Source: Eledone cirrhosa (taxonomy: Eukaryota). Taken from it: a stretch of DNA of 64,000 nt. The notes beneath the pieces were generated by a model. The model did no database searches, was not told where the DNA came from, and saw only the letters and a program-made list of their open reading frames with translations. Within the stretch, counting starts at the first letter, position 1. The number at the start of each line of letters is the position of its first letter. Of the stretch, positions 10,101-25,100 are shown one piece after another. The stretch covers positions 310,001 through 374,000 of the forward strand of contig OZ024757.1 of the NCBI GenBank assembly GCA_964016885.1, given 5' to 3'. The translations under genes were made by a program, and so were the position numbers.

Positions 10101-13100
10101 TAGTGACATTGGGGTGAAGACAGTATCTACTAGGGTGCGATAGTGACATTGGGGTAAAGACAGAAGATACTAAGGTGAGATAGTGACAATGGGGTAAAGA
10201 GAGTAGCTACTAGGGTGAGATAGTTACATTGGGGTGGAGAGAGTAGCTACTAGGGTGAGATAGTGACATTGGGGTGGAGAGAGTAGCTACTAGGGTGAGA
10301 TATTGACATTGGGGTGGAGACAGTAGCTACTAGGGTGAGATAGTGACATTGGGGTGAAGACAATAGTTACTAGGGTGAGATAGTGACATTAATGTACAGA
10401 CAGTTGCTACTATGGTGAGATAGTGACATTGGGGTGCAGACAGTAGCTACTAGGGTGAGATAGTGATATTAGGGTGAAGAGATTAACTACTAGAGTGATA
10501 TAGTGAGATTGGGTTGCAGACAGTAGCTACTAGGGTGAGAAAGTGACATTGGGGTGAAGACAATAGCTACTAGGGAGAGATAGTGACATTAGAGTGAAGA
10601 CAGTAGCTACTAGGGTGAGATAGTGACATTGGGGTGAAGACAGTAGCTACAAGGGTCAGATCGTGACATTGGGGTGAAGACAGTAGCTACTAGGGTGAGA
10701 TAGTGACATTAGGGTGAATACATTAGCTACTAGGGTGGGATAGTGACATTGCGGTGGAGACAATAGCTACAAGGGTGAGATAGTGACATTGGGTGAAGAC
10801 AATAGCTATTAGGGTGAGAGAGTGACATTGGTGTGAAGACATTAGCTACTTGGGTGAGATAGTGACATTGGGGTGAAGACAGTAGCTACTAGGGTGAGAT
10901 AGTGACATTGGGGTGAAGACAGTAACTACTAGGGTGAGATAGTGACATTGGGGTGAATACAGTAGCTACTAGAGTGAGATAGTGAGATTGGTGTGAAGAC
11001 AGTAGCTACTAGGGTGTGATAGTGACATTGGGGTGAAGACAGTAGCTACAAGTGTGAGATCGTGACATTGGGAGAAAACAGTAGCTACTAGGGTAAGATA
11101 GGGACACTGGGGTGACAACAGTAGCTCCTAGGGTGATATAGTGACATTAGGGTGAATACAGTAGCGACTAGGGTGGGATAGTGACATTGGGGTGAAGACA
11201 ATAACCACATGGGTGAGATAGTGACATTGGGGTGAAGACAGTAACTACAAGGGTGCGATAGTGACATTGGGGTAAAGACAGAAGATACTAAGGTGAGATA
11301 GTGACAATGGGGTAAAGAGAGTAGCTACTAGGGTGAGATAGTTACATTGGGGTGGAGAGAGTAGCTACTAGGGTGAGATAGTGACATTGGGATGGAGAGA
11401 GTAGCTACTAGGGTGAGATAGTGACATTAGGGTGAAGACAGTAGCTACTGGGTGAGATATTGACGTTGGGGTGAAGACAGTAGCTACTAGGATGAGATAT
11501 TGACATTGGGGTGGAGACAGTAGCTACTAGGGTGAGATAGTGACATTGGGGTGAAGTAAATAGTTACTAGGGTGAGATAGTGACATTAGGGTGAAGAGAT
11601 TAGCTACTAGAGTGATATAGTGAGATTCGGTTGCAGACAGTAGCTACAAGGGTGAGAAAGTGACATTGGGGTGAAGACAATAGCTACTAGGGTGAGATAG
11701 TGACATTAGAGTGAAGACAGTAGCTACTAGGGTGCGATAGTGACATTGGGGTGAAGACAGTAGCTACTAGGTTGAGATAGTGACACTGGGGTGAAGACAG
11801 TAGGTACTAGAGTGAGATATTGACATTGGGGTGAAGACAGTAGCTACTAGGGTGAGATAGTGACATTGGGGTGAAGACAGTAGCTACTAGGGTGAGATAG
11901 TGATATTGCGGTGAAGACAGTAGCTACTAGGGTGCGATAGTGACATTGGGGTGAAGACTAGCTACTAGGGTGAGGTAGTGACATTGGGGTGAATACAGTA
12001 GCTACTAGGGTGAGATAGTGACATTGGGGTGAAGACAGTAGCTACAAGGGTGAGATCGTGACGTTGGGGTGAAGACAGTAGATACTAGGGTAAGATAGTG
12101 ACATTGGGGTGAAGACAGTAGCTACTAGGGTGAGATAGGGACATTGGGGTGAATACAATAGCTACTAGGGTGAGATAGTGACATTGGGGTGAATACAGTA
12201 GCTACTAGGGTGAGATCGTGACATTGGGTGGAGACATTAGCTACTACGGTAAGATAGTGACATTGGGGTGAAGACTGTAGCTACTAGGGTGAGATAGGGA
12301 CATTGGGGTGACAACAGTAGCTCCTAGGGTGAGATAGTGACATTAGGGTGAATACAGTAGCGACTAGGGTGGGATAGTGACATTGGGGTGAAGACAATAA
12401 CTACATGGGTGAGATAGTGACATTGGGGTGAAGACAGTAACTATTAGGGTGAGATAGTGACATTGGGGTAAAGACAGTAGATACTAAGGTGAGATAGTGA
12501 CAATGGGGTAAAGAGAGTAGCTACTAGGGTGAGATAGTTACATTGGTGTGGAGAGAGTAGCTACTAGGGTGAGATAGTGACATTGGGCTGGAGAGAGTAG
12601 CTACTAGGGTGAGATAGTGACATTAGGGTGAAGACAGTAGCTTCTCAGGTGAGATAGTGACATTGGGGTGAAGACAGTAGCTACTAGGGTGAGATATTGA
12701 CATTGGGGTGGAGACAGTAGCTACTAGGGTGAGATAGTGACATTGGGGTGGAGACAATAGTTACTAGGGTGAGATAGTGACATTAGGGTACAGACAGTTG
12801 CTACTATGGTGAGATAGTGACATTGGGGTGAAGACAATAGCAACTAGGGTGAGATAGTGACATTGGGTGAAGACAATAGCTACTAGGGTGTGATAGTGAC
12901 ATTGGGGTGAAGACAGTAGCTACTAGGGGTGAGATAGTGACATTGGGGTGAAGACAGTAGCTACAAGGGTCAGATCGTGACATTGGGGTGAAGACAGTAG
13001 CTACAAGGGTGAGATAGTGACATTAGGGTGAATACATTAGCTACTAGAGTGGGATAGTGACATTGCGGTGGAGACGATAGCTACAAGGGTGAGATAGTGA

Positions 13101-16100
13101 CATTGGGTGAAGACAATAGCTACTAGGGTGAGAGAGTGACATTGGTGTGAAGACATTAGCTACTTGGGTGAGATAGTGACATTGGGGTGAAGACAGTAGC
13201 TACTAGGGTGAGATAGTGACATTGGGGTGAAGACAGTAACTACTAGGGTGAGATAGTGACATTGGGGTGAATACAGTAGCTACTAGAGTGAGATAGTGAG
13301 ATTGGTGTGAAGACAGTAGCTACTAGGGTAAGATAGTGACATTAGGGTGAAGACAGTAGCTACAAGTGTAATATCGTGACATTGGGTGAAAACAGTAGCT
13401 CCTAGGGTGACATAGTGACATTAGGGTGAATACAGTAGCGACTAGGGTGGGATAGTGACATTGGGGTGAAGACAATAACTATATGGGTGAGATAGTGACA
13501 TTGGGGTGAAGACAGTATCTACTAGGGTGCGATAGTGACATTGGGGTAAAGACAGAAGATACTAAGGTGAGATAGTGACAATGGGGTAAAGAGAGTAGCT
13601 ACTAGGGTGAGATAGTTACATTGGGGTCGAGAGAGTAGCTACTAGGGTGAGATAGTGACATTGGGGTGGAGAGAGTAGCTACTAGGGTGAGATATTGACA
13701 TTGGGGTGGAGACAGTAGCTACTAGGGTGAGATAGTGACATTGGGGTGAAGACAATAGTTACTAGGGTGAGATAGTGACATTAATGTACAGACAGTTGCT
13801 ACTATGGTGAGATAGTGACATTGGGGTGCAGACAGTAGCTACTAGGGTGAGATAGTGATATTAGGGTGAAGAGATTAACTACTAGAGTGATATAGTGAGA
13901 TTGGGTTGCAGACAGTAGCTACTAGGGTGAGAAAGTGACATTGGGGTGAAGACAATAGCTACTAGGGAGAGATAGTGACATTAGAGTGAAGACAGTAGCT
14001 ACTAGGGTGAGATAGTGACATTGGGGTGAAGACAGTAGGTACTAGGGTGAGATAATGACATTGGAGTGAAGACAGTAACTACTAGGGTGAGATAGTGACA
14101 TTGGGGTGAAGACAGTAGCTACTAGGGTGAGATAGTGACATTGGGGTGAAGACAGTAGCTACTAGAGTGCGATAGTGACATTGGGGTGAAGACTAGCAAC
14201 TAGGGTGAGGTAGTGACATTGGGGTGAATACAGTAGCTACTAGGGTGAGATAGTGACATTGGGGTGAAGACAGTAGCTACAAGGGTGATATCGTGATATT
14301 GGGGTGAAGACAGTAGATACTAGGGTGAGATAGGGACATTGGGGTGACAACAGTAGCTACTAGGGTGAGATAGTGACATTAGGGTGAATACATTAGCTAC
14401 TAGGGTGAGATAGTGACATTGGGGTGAAGACAGTAGCTACTAGGGCGAGATAGTGACATTGGGGTGAAGACAATAGCTACAAGGGTTAGATAGTGACATT
14501 GGGTGAAGACAATAGCTACTAGGGTGAGAGAGTGACATTGGTGTGAAGACATTAGCTACTTGGGTGAGATAGTGACATTAGGGTGAAGACAGTAGCTACT
14601 AGGGTGAGATCGTGACATTGTGGTGAAGACAGTAGCTACTAGGGTGAGATATTGACATTGGGGTGAAGACAGTAGCTACTAGGGGGAGATAGTGACATTG
14701 GGGTGGAGACAGTAGCTACTAGGGTGAGATAGTGACATTGGGGTGAAGACAGTAGCTACAAGTGTGAGATCGCGACATTGGGGTGAAGACAGTAGCTACT
14801 AGGGTGCGATAGTGACATTGGGGTGAAGACTAGCTACTAGGGTGAGGTAGTGACATTGGGGTGAATACAGTAGCTACTAGGGTGAGATAGTGACATTGGG
14901 GTGACAACATTAGCTACTAGGGTGAGATAGTGACATTAGGGTGAATACATTAGCTACTAGGCTGAGATAGTGACATTGGGGTGAAGACAGTAGCTACTAG
15001 GGTGAGATAGTGACATTGGGGTGAAGACAATAGCTACAAAGGTTAGATAGTGACATTGGGTGAAGACAATAGCTACTAGGGTGAGAGAGTGACGTTGGTG
15101 TGAAGACATTAGCTACTTGGATGAGATAGTGACATTAGGGTGAAACAGTAGCTACTAGGGTGAGATAGTGACATTGGGGTGAAGACAGTAGCTACAAGGG
15201 TGAGATCGTGACATTGGGATGAAGACAGTAGCTACTAGGGTGAGATATTGACATTGGGGTGAAGACAGTAGCTACTAGGGTGGGATAGTGACATTGGGGT
15301 GGAGACAGCTGCTACTAGGGTGAGATAGTGACATTGGGGTGAAGACAGTAGCTACAAGAGTGGGGTAGTGACATTGGGGTGAATACAGTAGCTACTAGGG
15401 TGAGATAGTGACATTGGGGTTAAGACAGTAGCTACAAGGGTCAGATCATGACATTGGGGTGAAGACAGTAGCTACTAGGGTAAGATAGTGACATTGGGGT
15501 GAAGACAGTAGCTACTAGGGTAAGATAGTGACATTGGGGTGAAGACAGTAGCTACTATGGTGAGTTAGTGACATTGGGGTGAAGACAGTAGCTACAAGGG
15601 TGAAATCGTGACATTGGTGTGAAGACAGTAGATACTAGGGTAAGATAGTGACATTGGGGTGAAGACAATAGCTACAAGGGTTAGATAGTGACATTGGGGG
15701 AAGACATTAGCTACTAGGGTGAGAGAGTGACATTGGGGTGAAGACATTAGCAACTTGGGTGAGATAGTGACATTGGGGTGGAGACAATAGTTACTAGGGT
15801 GAGATAGTGACATTAGGGTACAGACAGTAGCTTCTCAGGTGAGATATTGAGATTGGGGTGAAGACAGTAGCTACTGGGTGAGATAGTGACATTGGGGTTG
15901 AGAAAGTAGCTACTAGGGTGAGATAGTGACATTGGGGTGAAGACAGTAGCTACTAGGGTGAGATAGTGACATTGGGGTGAAGACAATAGCAACTAGGGTG
16001 AGATAGTGACATTGGGTGAAGACAATAGCTACTAGGGTGAGATAGTGACATTGGGGTGAAGACAGTAGCTACTAGGGGTGAGATAGTGACATTGGGGTGA

Positions 16101-19100
16101 AGACAATAGCTACTAGGGTGAGATAGTGACATTGCGGTGAAGACAGTAGCTACTTGGTTGAGATAGTGATATTGGGGTGAAGACAGTAGCTACTAGGGTG
16201 AGATAGTGACATTAGGGTGAAGACATTAGCTACTAGAGTGATATAGTGAGATTGGGTTGCAGACAGTAGCTACTAGGGTGAGAAAGTGACATTGGGGTGA
16301 AGACAATAGCTACTAGGGTGAGATAGTGACATTAGAGTGAAGACAGTAGCTACTATGGTGCGATAGTGACATTGGGGTGAAGACAGTAGCTACTAGGGTG
16401 AGATAGTGACATTGGGGTGAAGACAGTAGGTACTAGGGTGAGATATTGACATTGGAGTGAAGACAGTAACTACTAGGGTGAGATAGTGACATTGGGGTGA
16501 AGACAGTAGCTACTAGGGTGAGATAGTGACATTGGGGTGAAGACAGTAGCTACTAGAGTGCGATAGTGACATTGGGGTGAAGACTAGCTACTAGGGTGAG
16601 GTAGTGAGATTGTGGTGAATACAGTAGCTACTAGGGTGAGATAGTGACATTGGGGTGAAGATAGTAGCTAGTAGGGTGAGATAGGGACATTGGGGTGACA
16701 ACAGTAACTACTAGGGTGAGATAGTGACATTAGGGTGAATACATTAGCTACTAGGGTGAGATAGTGACATTGGGGTGAAGACAGTAGCTACTAGGGTGAG
16801 ATAGTGACATTGGGGTGAAGACAATAGCTACAAGGGTTAGATAGTGACATTGGGTGAAGACAATTGCTACTAGGGTGAGAGAGTGACATTGGTGTGAAGA
16901 CATTAGCTACTTGGGTGAGATAGTGACATTAGGGTGAAGACAGTAGCTACTAGGGTGAGATCGTGACATTGGTGTGAAGACAGTAGCTACTAGGGTGAGA
17001 TATTGACATTGGGGTGAAGACAGTAGCTACTAGGATGAGATATTGACATTGGGTGAAGACAGTAGCTACTAGGGTGAGATAGTGACATTGGGGTGAAGAC
17101 AGTAGCTACTAGGGGTGAGATAGTGACATTGCGGTGAAGACAGTAGCTACTTGGGTGAGATAGTGATATTGGGGTGAAGACAGTAGCTACTAGGGTGAGA
17201 TAGTGACATTAGGGTGAAGACATTAGCTACTAGAGTGATATAGTGAGATTGGGTTGCAGACAGTAGCTACTAGGGTGAGAAAGTGACATTGGGGTGAAGA
17301 CAATAGCTACTAGGGTGAGAGAGTGACATTGGTGTGAAGACATTAGCTACTTGGGTGAGATAGTGACATTAGGGTGAAGACAGTAGCTACTAGGGTGAGG
17401 TCGTGACATTGGGGTGAAGACAGTAGCTACTAGGGTGAGATATTGACATTGGGGTGAATACAGTAGCTACTTGGGTGAGATATTGACATTGGGGTGAAGA
17501 CAGTAGCTACTAGGATGAGATATTGACATTGGGTGAAGACAGTAGCTACTAGGGTGAGATAGTGACATTGGGGTGAATACAGTAGCAACTAGGGTGCGAT
17601 AGTGACATTGGGTGAAGACAGTAGCTACTAGGGTGAGATAGTGACATTGGGGTGAAGACAGTAGCTACTAGGGTGAGATAGTGACATTGGGGTGAAGACA
17701 GTAGCTACAAGGGTGAGATCGTGACATTGGGGTGAAGACAGTAGATACTAGGGTAAGATAGTGACATTGGGGTGAAGACAGTAGCTACTAGGGTGAGATA
17801 GGGACATTGGGGTGACAACAGTAGCTACTAGGGTGAGATAGTGACATTAGGGTGAATACATTAGCTACTAGGGTGAGATAGTGACATTGGGGTGAAGACA
17901 GTAGCTACTATGGTGAGATAGTGACTTTGGGGTGAAGACAATAGCTACAAGGGTTAGATAGTGACATTGGGTGAAGACAGTAGCTACTAGGGTGAGATAG
18001 TGACATTGGGGTGAAGACAGTAGCTACTAGAGTGCGCTAGTGACATTGGGGTGAAGACTAGCTACTAGGGTGAGGTAGTGAGATTGTGGTGAATACAGTA
18101 GCTACTAGGGTGAGATAGTGACATTGGGGTGAAGATAGTAGCTAGTAGGGTGAGATAGGGACATTGGGGTGACAACAGTAACTACTAGGGTGAGATAGTG
18201 ACATTAGGGTGAATACATTAGCTACTAGGGTGAGATAGTGACATTGGGGTGAAGACAGTAGCTACTAGGGTGAGATAGTGACATTGGGGTGAAGACAATA
18301 GCTACAAGGGTTAGATAGTGACATTGGGTGAAGACAATTGCTACTAGGGTGAGAGAGTGACGTTGGTGTGAAGACATTAGCTACTTGGGTGAGATAGTGA
18401 CATTAGGGTGAAGACAGTAGCTACTAGGGTGAGATCGTGACATTGGTGTGAAGACAGTAGCTACTAGGGTGAGATATTGACATTGGGGTGAAGACAGTAG
18501 CTACTAGGATGAGATATTGACATTGGGTGAAGACAGTAGCTACTAGGGTGAGATAGTGACATTGGGGTGAAGACAGTAGCTACTAGGGGTGAGATAGTGA
18601 CATTGCGGTGAAGACAGTAGCTACTTGGGTGAGATAGTGATATTGGGGTGAAGACAGTAGCTACTAGGGTGAGATAGTGACATTAGGGTGAAGACATTAG
18701 CTACTAGAGTGATATAGTGAGATTGGGTTGCAGACAGTAGCTACTAGGGTGAGAAAGTGACATTGGGGTGAAGACAGTAGCTACTAGGGTGAGATATTGA
18801 CATTGGGGTGAAGACAGTAGCTACTAGGTTGAGATAGTGACATTGGGGTGGAGACAGTAGCTACTAGGGTGAGATAGTGACGTTGGGGTGAAGACAGTAG
18901 CTACAAGGGTGAGGTAGTTAATTTGGGGTGAATACAGTAGCTACTAGTGTGAGATAGTGACATTGGGGTGAAGACAGCAGCTACAAGGGTCAGATCGTGA
19001 AATTGGGGTGAAGACAGTAGCTACTAGGGTAAGATAGTGACATTTGGGTGAAGACAGTAGCTACTAGGGTAAGATAGTGACATTGGGGTGAAGACAGTAG

Positions 19101-22100
19101 CTACTAGGTTGAGATAGGGACATTGGGGTGACAACAGTAGCTACTAGGGTGAGATAGTGACATTAGGGTGAATACATTAGCTATTAGGGTGAGATAGTGA
19201 CATTGGGTGAAGACAATAGCTACTAGGGTGAGAGAGTGACATTGGTGTGAAGACATTAGCTACTTGGGTGAGATAGTTACATTGGGGTGAAGAAAGTAGC
19301 TACTAGGGTGAGATAGTGACATTGGGGTGAAGAGTGTAACTACTAGGGTGAGATAGTGACATTGGGGTGAATACAGTAGCTACTAGAGTGAGATAGTGAC
19401 ATTGGTGTGAAGACAGTAGCTACTAGGGTGAGATAGTGACATTGGGGTGAAGACTAGCTACTAAGGTGAGGTAGTGACATTGGGGTGAATACAGTAGCTA
19501 CTAGGGTGAGATAGTGACATTGGGGTGAAGACAGTAGCTACTAGGGTGAGATAGTGACATTGGAGTTAAGACAATAGCTACAGGGGTTAGATAGTGACAT
19601 TGGGTGAAGACAATAGCTACTAGGGTGAGAGAGTGACATTGGTGTGAAGACATTAGCTACTTGGGTGAGATAGTGACATTAGGGTGAAGACAGTAGCTAC
19701 AAGGGTGAGATCGTGACATTGGGGTGAAGACAGTAGATACTAGGGTGAGATAGTGACATTGGGGTGAAGACAGGAGCTACTAGGGTGAGATAGTGACATT
19801 GGGGTGGAGACAGTAGCTAGTAGGGTGAGATAGTGACATTGGGGTGAAGACAGTAGCTACAAGGGTGAGATCGTGACATTGGGGTGAAGTCAGTAGCTAC
19901 TAGGGTGAGATATTGACATTGGGGTGAAGACAGTAGCTACTAGGATGGGATATTGACATTGGGTGAAGACAGTAGCTACTAGGGTGAGATAGTGACATTG
20001 GGGTGAATACAGTAGCTACTAGGGTGCGATAGTGACATTGGGTGAAGACAGTAGCTACTAGGGTGAAATAGTGACATTGGGGTGAAGACAGTAGCTACTA
20101 GGGTGAGATAGTGACATTGGGTGAAGACAATAGCTACTAGGGTGAAATAGTGACATTGGGGTGAAGACAGTAGCTACTAGGGTGAGATAGTGACATTGGG
20201 GTGGAGACAATATTTACTAGGGTGAGATAGTGACATTAGGGTACAGACAGTTGCTACTATGGTGAGATAGTGACATTGGGGTGAAGACAATAGCAAGTAA
20301 GGTGAGATAGTGACATTGGGTGAAGACAATAGCTACTAGGGTGAGATAGTGACATTGGGGTGAAGACAATAGCTACTAGGGGTGAGATAGTGACATTGGG
20401 GTGAAGACAATAGCTACTAGGGTGAGATAGTGACATTGCGGTGAAGACAGTAGCTACTTGGGTGAGATAGTGACATTAGGGTGAAGTCATTAGCTACTAG
20501 AGTGATATAGTGAGATTGGGTTGCAGACAGTAGCTACTAGGGTGAGAAAGTGACATTGGGGTGAAGACAATAGCTACTAGGGTGAGATAGTGACATTAGA
20601 GTGAAGACAGTAGCTACTAGGGTGAGATAGTGACATTGGGGTGAAGACAGTAGCTACTAGGGTGAGATAGTGACATTGGGGTGAAGACAGTAGCTATTAG
20701 GTGAGATAGTGACATTGGGGTGAAGACAGTAGCTACTAGGGTGAGATAGTGACATTGGGGTGAAGACAGTAGCTATTAGGTGAGATAGTGACATTGGGGT
20801 GAAGACAGTAGCTACTAGGGTGAGATAGTGACATTGGGGTGAAGACAGTAGCTACTAGGGTGAGATAGTGACATTAGGGTGAAGTCATTAGCTACTAGAG
20901 TGATATAGTGAGATTGGGTTGCAGACAGTAGCTACTAGGGTGAGAAAGTGACATTGGGGTGAAGACAATAGCTACTAGGGTGAGATAGTGACATTAGAGT
21001 GAAGACAGTAGCTACTAGGGTGAGATAGTGACATTGGGGTGAAGACAGTAGCTACTAGGGTGAGATAGTGACATTGGGGTGAAGACAGTAGCTATTAGGT
21101 GAGATAGTGACATTGGGGTGAAGACAGTAGCTACTAGGGTGAGATAGTGACATTGGGGTGAAGACAGTAGCTATTAGGTGAGATAGTGACATTGGGGTGA
21201 AGACAGTAGCTACTAGGGTGAGATAGTGACATTGGGGTGAAGACAGTAGCTACTAGGGTGCGATAGTGACATTGGGGTGAAGACTAGCTACTAGGGTGAG
21301 GTAGTGACGTTGGGGTGAAAACAGTAGCTACTAGGGTGAGATATTGACATTGGGGTGAAGAGAGTAGCTACAAGGGTGAGATCGTGACATTGGGGTGAAG
21401 ACAGTAGATACTAGGGTAAGATAGTGACATTGGAGTGAAGACAGTAGCTACTAGGGTGAGATAGGGACATTGGGGTGACAACAGTAGCTACTAGGGTGAG
21501 ATAGTGACATTGGGGTGAAGACAATAGCTACAAGGGTTAGATAGTGACATTGGGTGAAGACAATAACTACTAGGGTGAGAGAGTGACATTGGTGTGAAGA
21601 CAGTAGCTACTAGGGTGAGATAGTGACATTGGGGTGAAGACAGTAGCTACAAGGGTGATATCGTGACGTTGGGGTGAAGACAGTAGCTACTAAGGTGAGA
21701 TATTGACATTGGGGTGAAGACAGTAGCTACTAGGGTGAGATAGTGACATTGGGCTGGAGACAGTAGCTACTAGGGTGAGATAGTGACATTGGGGTGAAGA
21801 CAGTAGCTACAAGGGTGAGGTAGTTACATTGGGGTGAATAAAGTAGCTACTAGTGTGAGATAGTGACATTGGGGTGAAGACAGTAGCTACAAGGGTCAGA
21901 TCGTGACATTGGGGTGAAGACAGTAGCTACTAGGGTAAGATAGTGACATTGGGGTGAAGACAGTAGCTCCTAGGGTAAGATAGTGACATTGGGGTGAAGA
22001 CAGTAGCTACTAGGGTGAGATAGGGACATTGGGGTGAATACATTAGCTACTAGGGTGAGGTAGTGACATTGGGGTGAATACAGTAGCTACTAGGGTGGGA

Positions 22101-25100
22101 TAGTGACATTTCGGTGGAGACAATAGCTACAAGGGTGAGATAGTGACATTGGGTGAAGACAATAGCTACTAGGGTGAGAGAGTGACATTGGTGTGAAGAC
22201 ATTAGCTACTTGGATGAGATAGTGACATTGGGGTGAAGACAGTAGCTACTAGGGTGAGATAGTGACATTGGGGTGAAGACAGTAACTACTAGGGTGAGAT
22301 AGTGACATTGGGGTGAATACAGTAGCTACTAGAGTGAGATAGTGACATTGGTGTGAAGACAGTAGCTACTAGGGTGAGATAGTGACATTGGGGTGAAGAC
22401 TAGCTACTAGGGTGAGGTAGTGACATTGAGGTGAATACAGTAGCTACTAGGGTGAGATAGTGACATTGGGGTGAAGACAGTAGCTACAAGGGTGAGATCG
22501 TGACATTGGGGTGAAGACAGTAGACACTAGGGTAAGATAGTGACATTGGGGTGAAGACAGTAGCTAGTAGGGTGAGATAGGGAATTGGGGTGACAACAGT
22601 AGCTACTAGGGTGAGATAGTGACATTAGGGTGAATACGTTAGCTACAAGGGTGAGATAGTGACATTGGGGTGAAGACAGTAGCTACTAGGGTGAGATAGT
22701 GACATTGGGGTTAAGACAATAGCTACAAGGGTTAGATAGTGACATTGGGTGAAGACAATAGCTACTAGGGTGAGAGAGTGACATTGGTGTGAAGACATTA
22801 GCTACTTGGGTGAGATAGTGACATTAGGGTGAAGACAGTAGCTACTAGGGTGAGATAGTGACATTGGGGTGAAGACAGTAGCTACAAGGGTGAGATCGTG
22901 ACATTGGGGTGAATACAGTAGCTACTAGGGTGAGATATTGACATTGTGGTGAAGACAGTAGCTACTAGGTTGAGATAGTGATATTGGGGTGGAGACAGTA
23001 GCTACTAGGGTGAGATAGTGACATTGGGGTGAAGACAGTAGCTACAAGGGTGAGATCGTGACATTGGGGTGAAGACAGTAGCTACTAGGGTGAGATATTG
23101 ACATTGGGGTGAAGACAGTAGCTACTAGGATGAGATATTGACATTGGGTGAAGACAGTAGCTACTAGGGTGAGATAGTGACATTGGGGTGGAGACAATAG
23201 TTACTAGGGTGAGATAGTGACATTAGGGTACAGACAGTTGCTACTATGGTGAGATAGTGACATTGGGGTGAAGACAATAGCAACTAGGGTGAGATAGTGA
23301 CATTGGGTGAAGACAATAGCTACTAGGGTGAGATAGTGACATTGGGGTGAAGAAAATAGCTACTAGGGGTGAGATAGTGACATTGGGGTGAAGACAATAG
23401 CTACTAGTCTGAGATAGTGAAATTGCGGTGAAGACAGTAGCTACTTGGGTGAGATAGTGATATTGGGGTGAAGACAGTAGCTACTCGGGTGAGATAGTGA
23501 CATTAGGGTGAAGACATTAGCTACTAGAGTGATATAGTGAGATTGGGTTGCAGACAGTAGCTACTAGGGTGAGAAAGTGACGTTGGGGTAAAGACAGTAG
23601 CTACAAGGGTGAGATCGTGACATTGGGGTGAAGACAGTAGCTACTAGGGTGAGATCGTGACATTGGGGTGAAGACAGTAGCTACTAGGGTGAGATATTGA
23701 CATTGGGGTGAATACAGAAGCTACTAGGGTGAGATAGTGACATTGGGGTGAAGACAGTAGCTACAAGGGTGAGATCATGACATTGGGGTGAAGACAGTAG
23801 CTACTAGGGTGAGATATTGACATTGGGGTGAATACAGAAGCTACTAGGGTGAGATAGTGACATTGGGGTGAAGACAGTAGCTACAAGGGTGAGATCGTGA
23901 CATTGGGGTGAAGACAGTAGATACTAGGGTAAGATAGTGACATTGTGGTGAAGATAGTAGCTACTAGGGTGAGATAGGGACATTGGGGTGACAACAGTAG
24001 CTACTAGGGTGAGATAGTGACATTAGGGTGAATACATTAGCTACTAGGGTAAGATAGTGACATTGGGGTGAAGACAGTAGCTACTAGGGTGAGAGAGTGA
24101 CATTGGGGTGAAGACAATAGCTACAAGGGTTAGATAGTGACATTGGGTGAAGACAATAGCTACTAGGGTGAGAGAGTGACATTGGTGTGAAGACATTAGC
24201 TACTTGGGTGAGATAGTGACATTGGGGTGAAGACAGTAGCTACTAGGGTGAGATAGTGACATTGGGGTGAAGACAGTAGCTACAAGGGTGAGAGCGTGAC
24301 TTTGGGGTGGAGACAGTAGCTACTAGGGTGAGATAGTGACATTGGGGTGAAGGCAGTAGCTACAAGGGTGAGATAGTGACATTGGGGTGAAGACAGTAGC
24401 TACAAGGGTGAGATCGTGACATTGGGGTGAAAACAGTAGCTACTAGGGTGAGATAGTGACATTGGGGTGAATACAGTAGCTACTAGGGTGCGATAGTGAC
24501 ATTGGTTGAAGACAGTAGCTAGTAGGGTGAGATAGTGACATTGGGGTGAAGACGGTAGCTACAAGGGTGAGATATTGACATTGGGGTGAAGACAGTAGCT
24601 ACTAGGATGAGATATTGACATTGTGTGAAGACAGTAGCTACTAGGGTGAGATAGTGACATTGGGGTGAATACAGTAGCTACTAGGGTGCGATAGTGACAT
24701 TGGGTGAAGTCAGTAGCTACTAGGGTGAGATAGTGACATTGGGGTGAAGACAGTAGCTACTAGGGTGAGATAGTGACATTGGGGTGGAGACAATAGTTAC
24801 TAGGGAGAGATAGTGACATTAGGGTTCAGACAGTTGCTACTATGGTGAGATAGTGACATTGGGGTGAAGACAATAGCAACTAGGGTGAGATAGTGACATT
24901 GGGTGAAGACAATAGCTACTAGGGTGAGATAGTGACATTGGGGTGAAGACAGTAGCTACTAGGCGTGAGAAAGTGACATTGGGGTGAAGACAATAGCTAC
25001 TAGGGTGAGATAGTGACATTGCGGTGAAGACAGTAGCTACTAGGGTGAGATAGTGATATTGGGGTGAAGACAGTAGCTACTAGGGTGAGATAGTGACATT

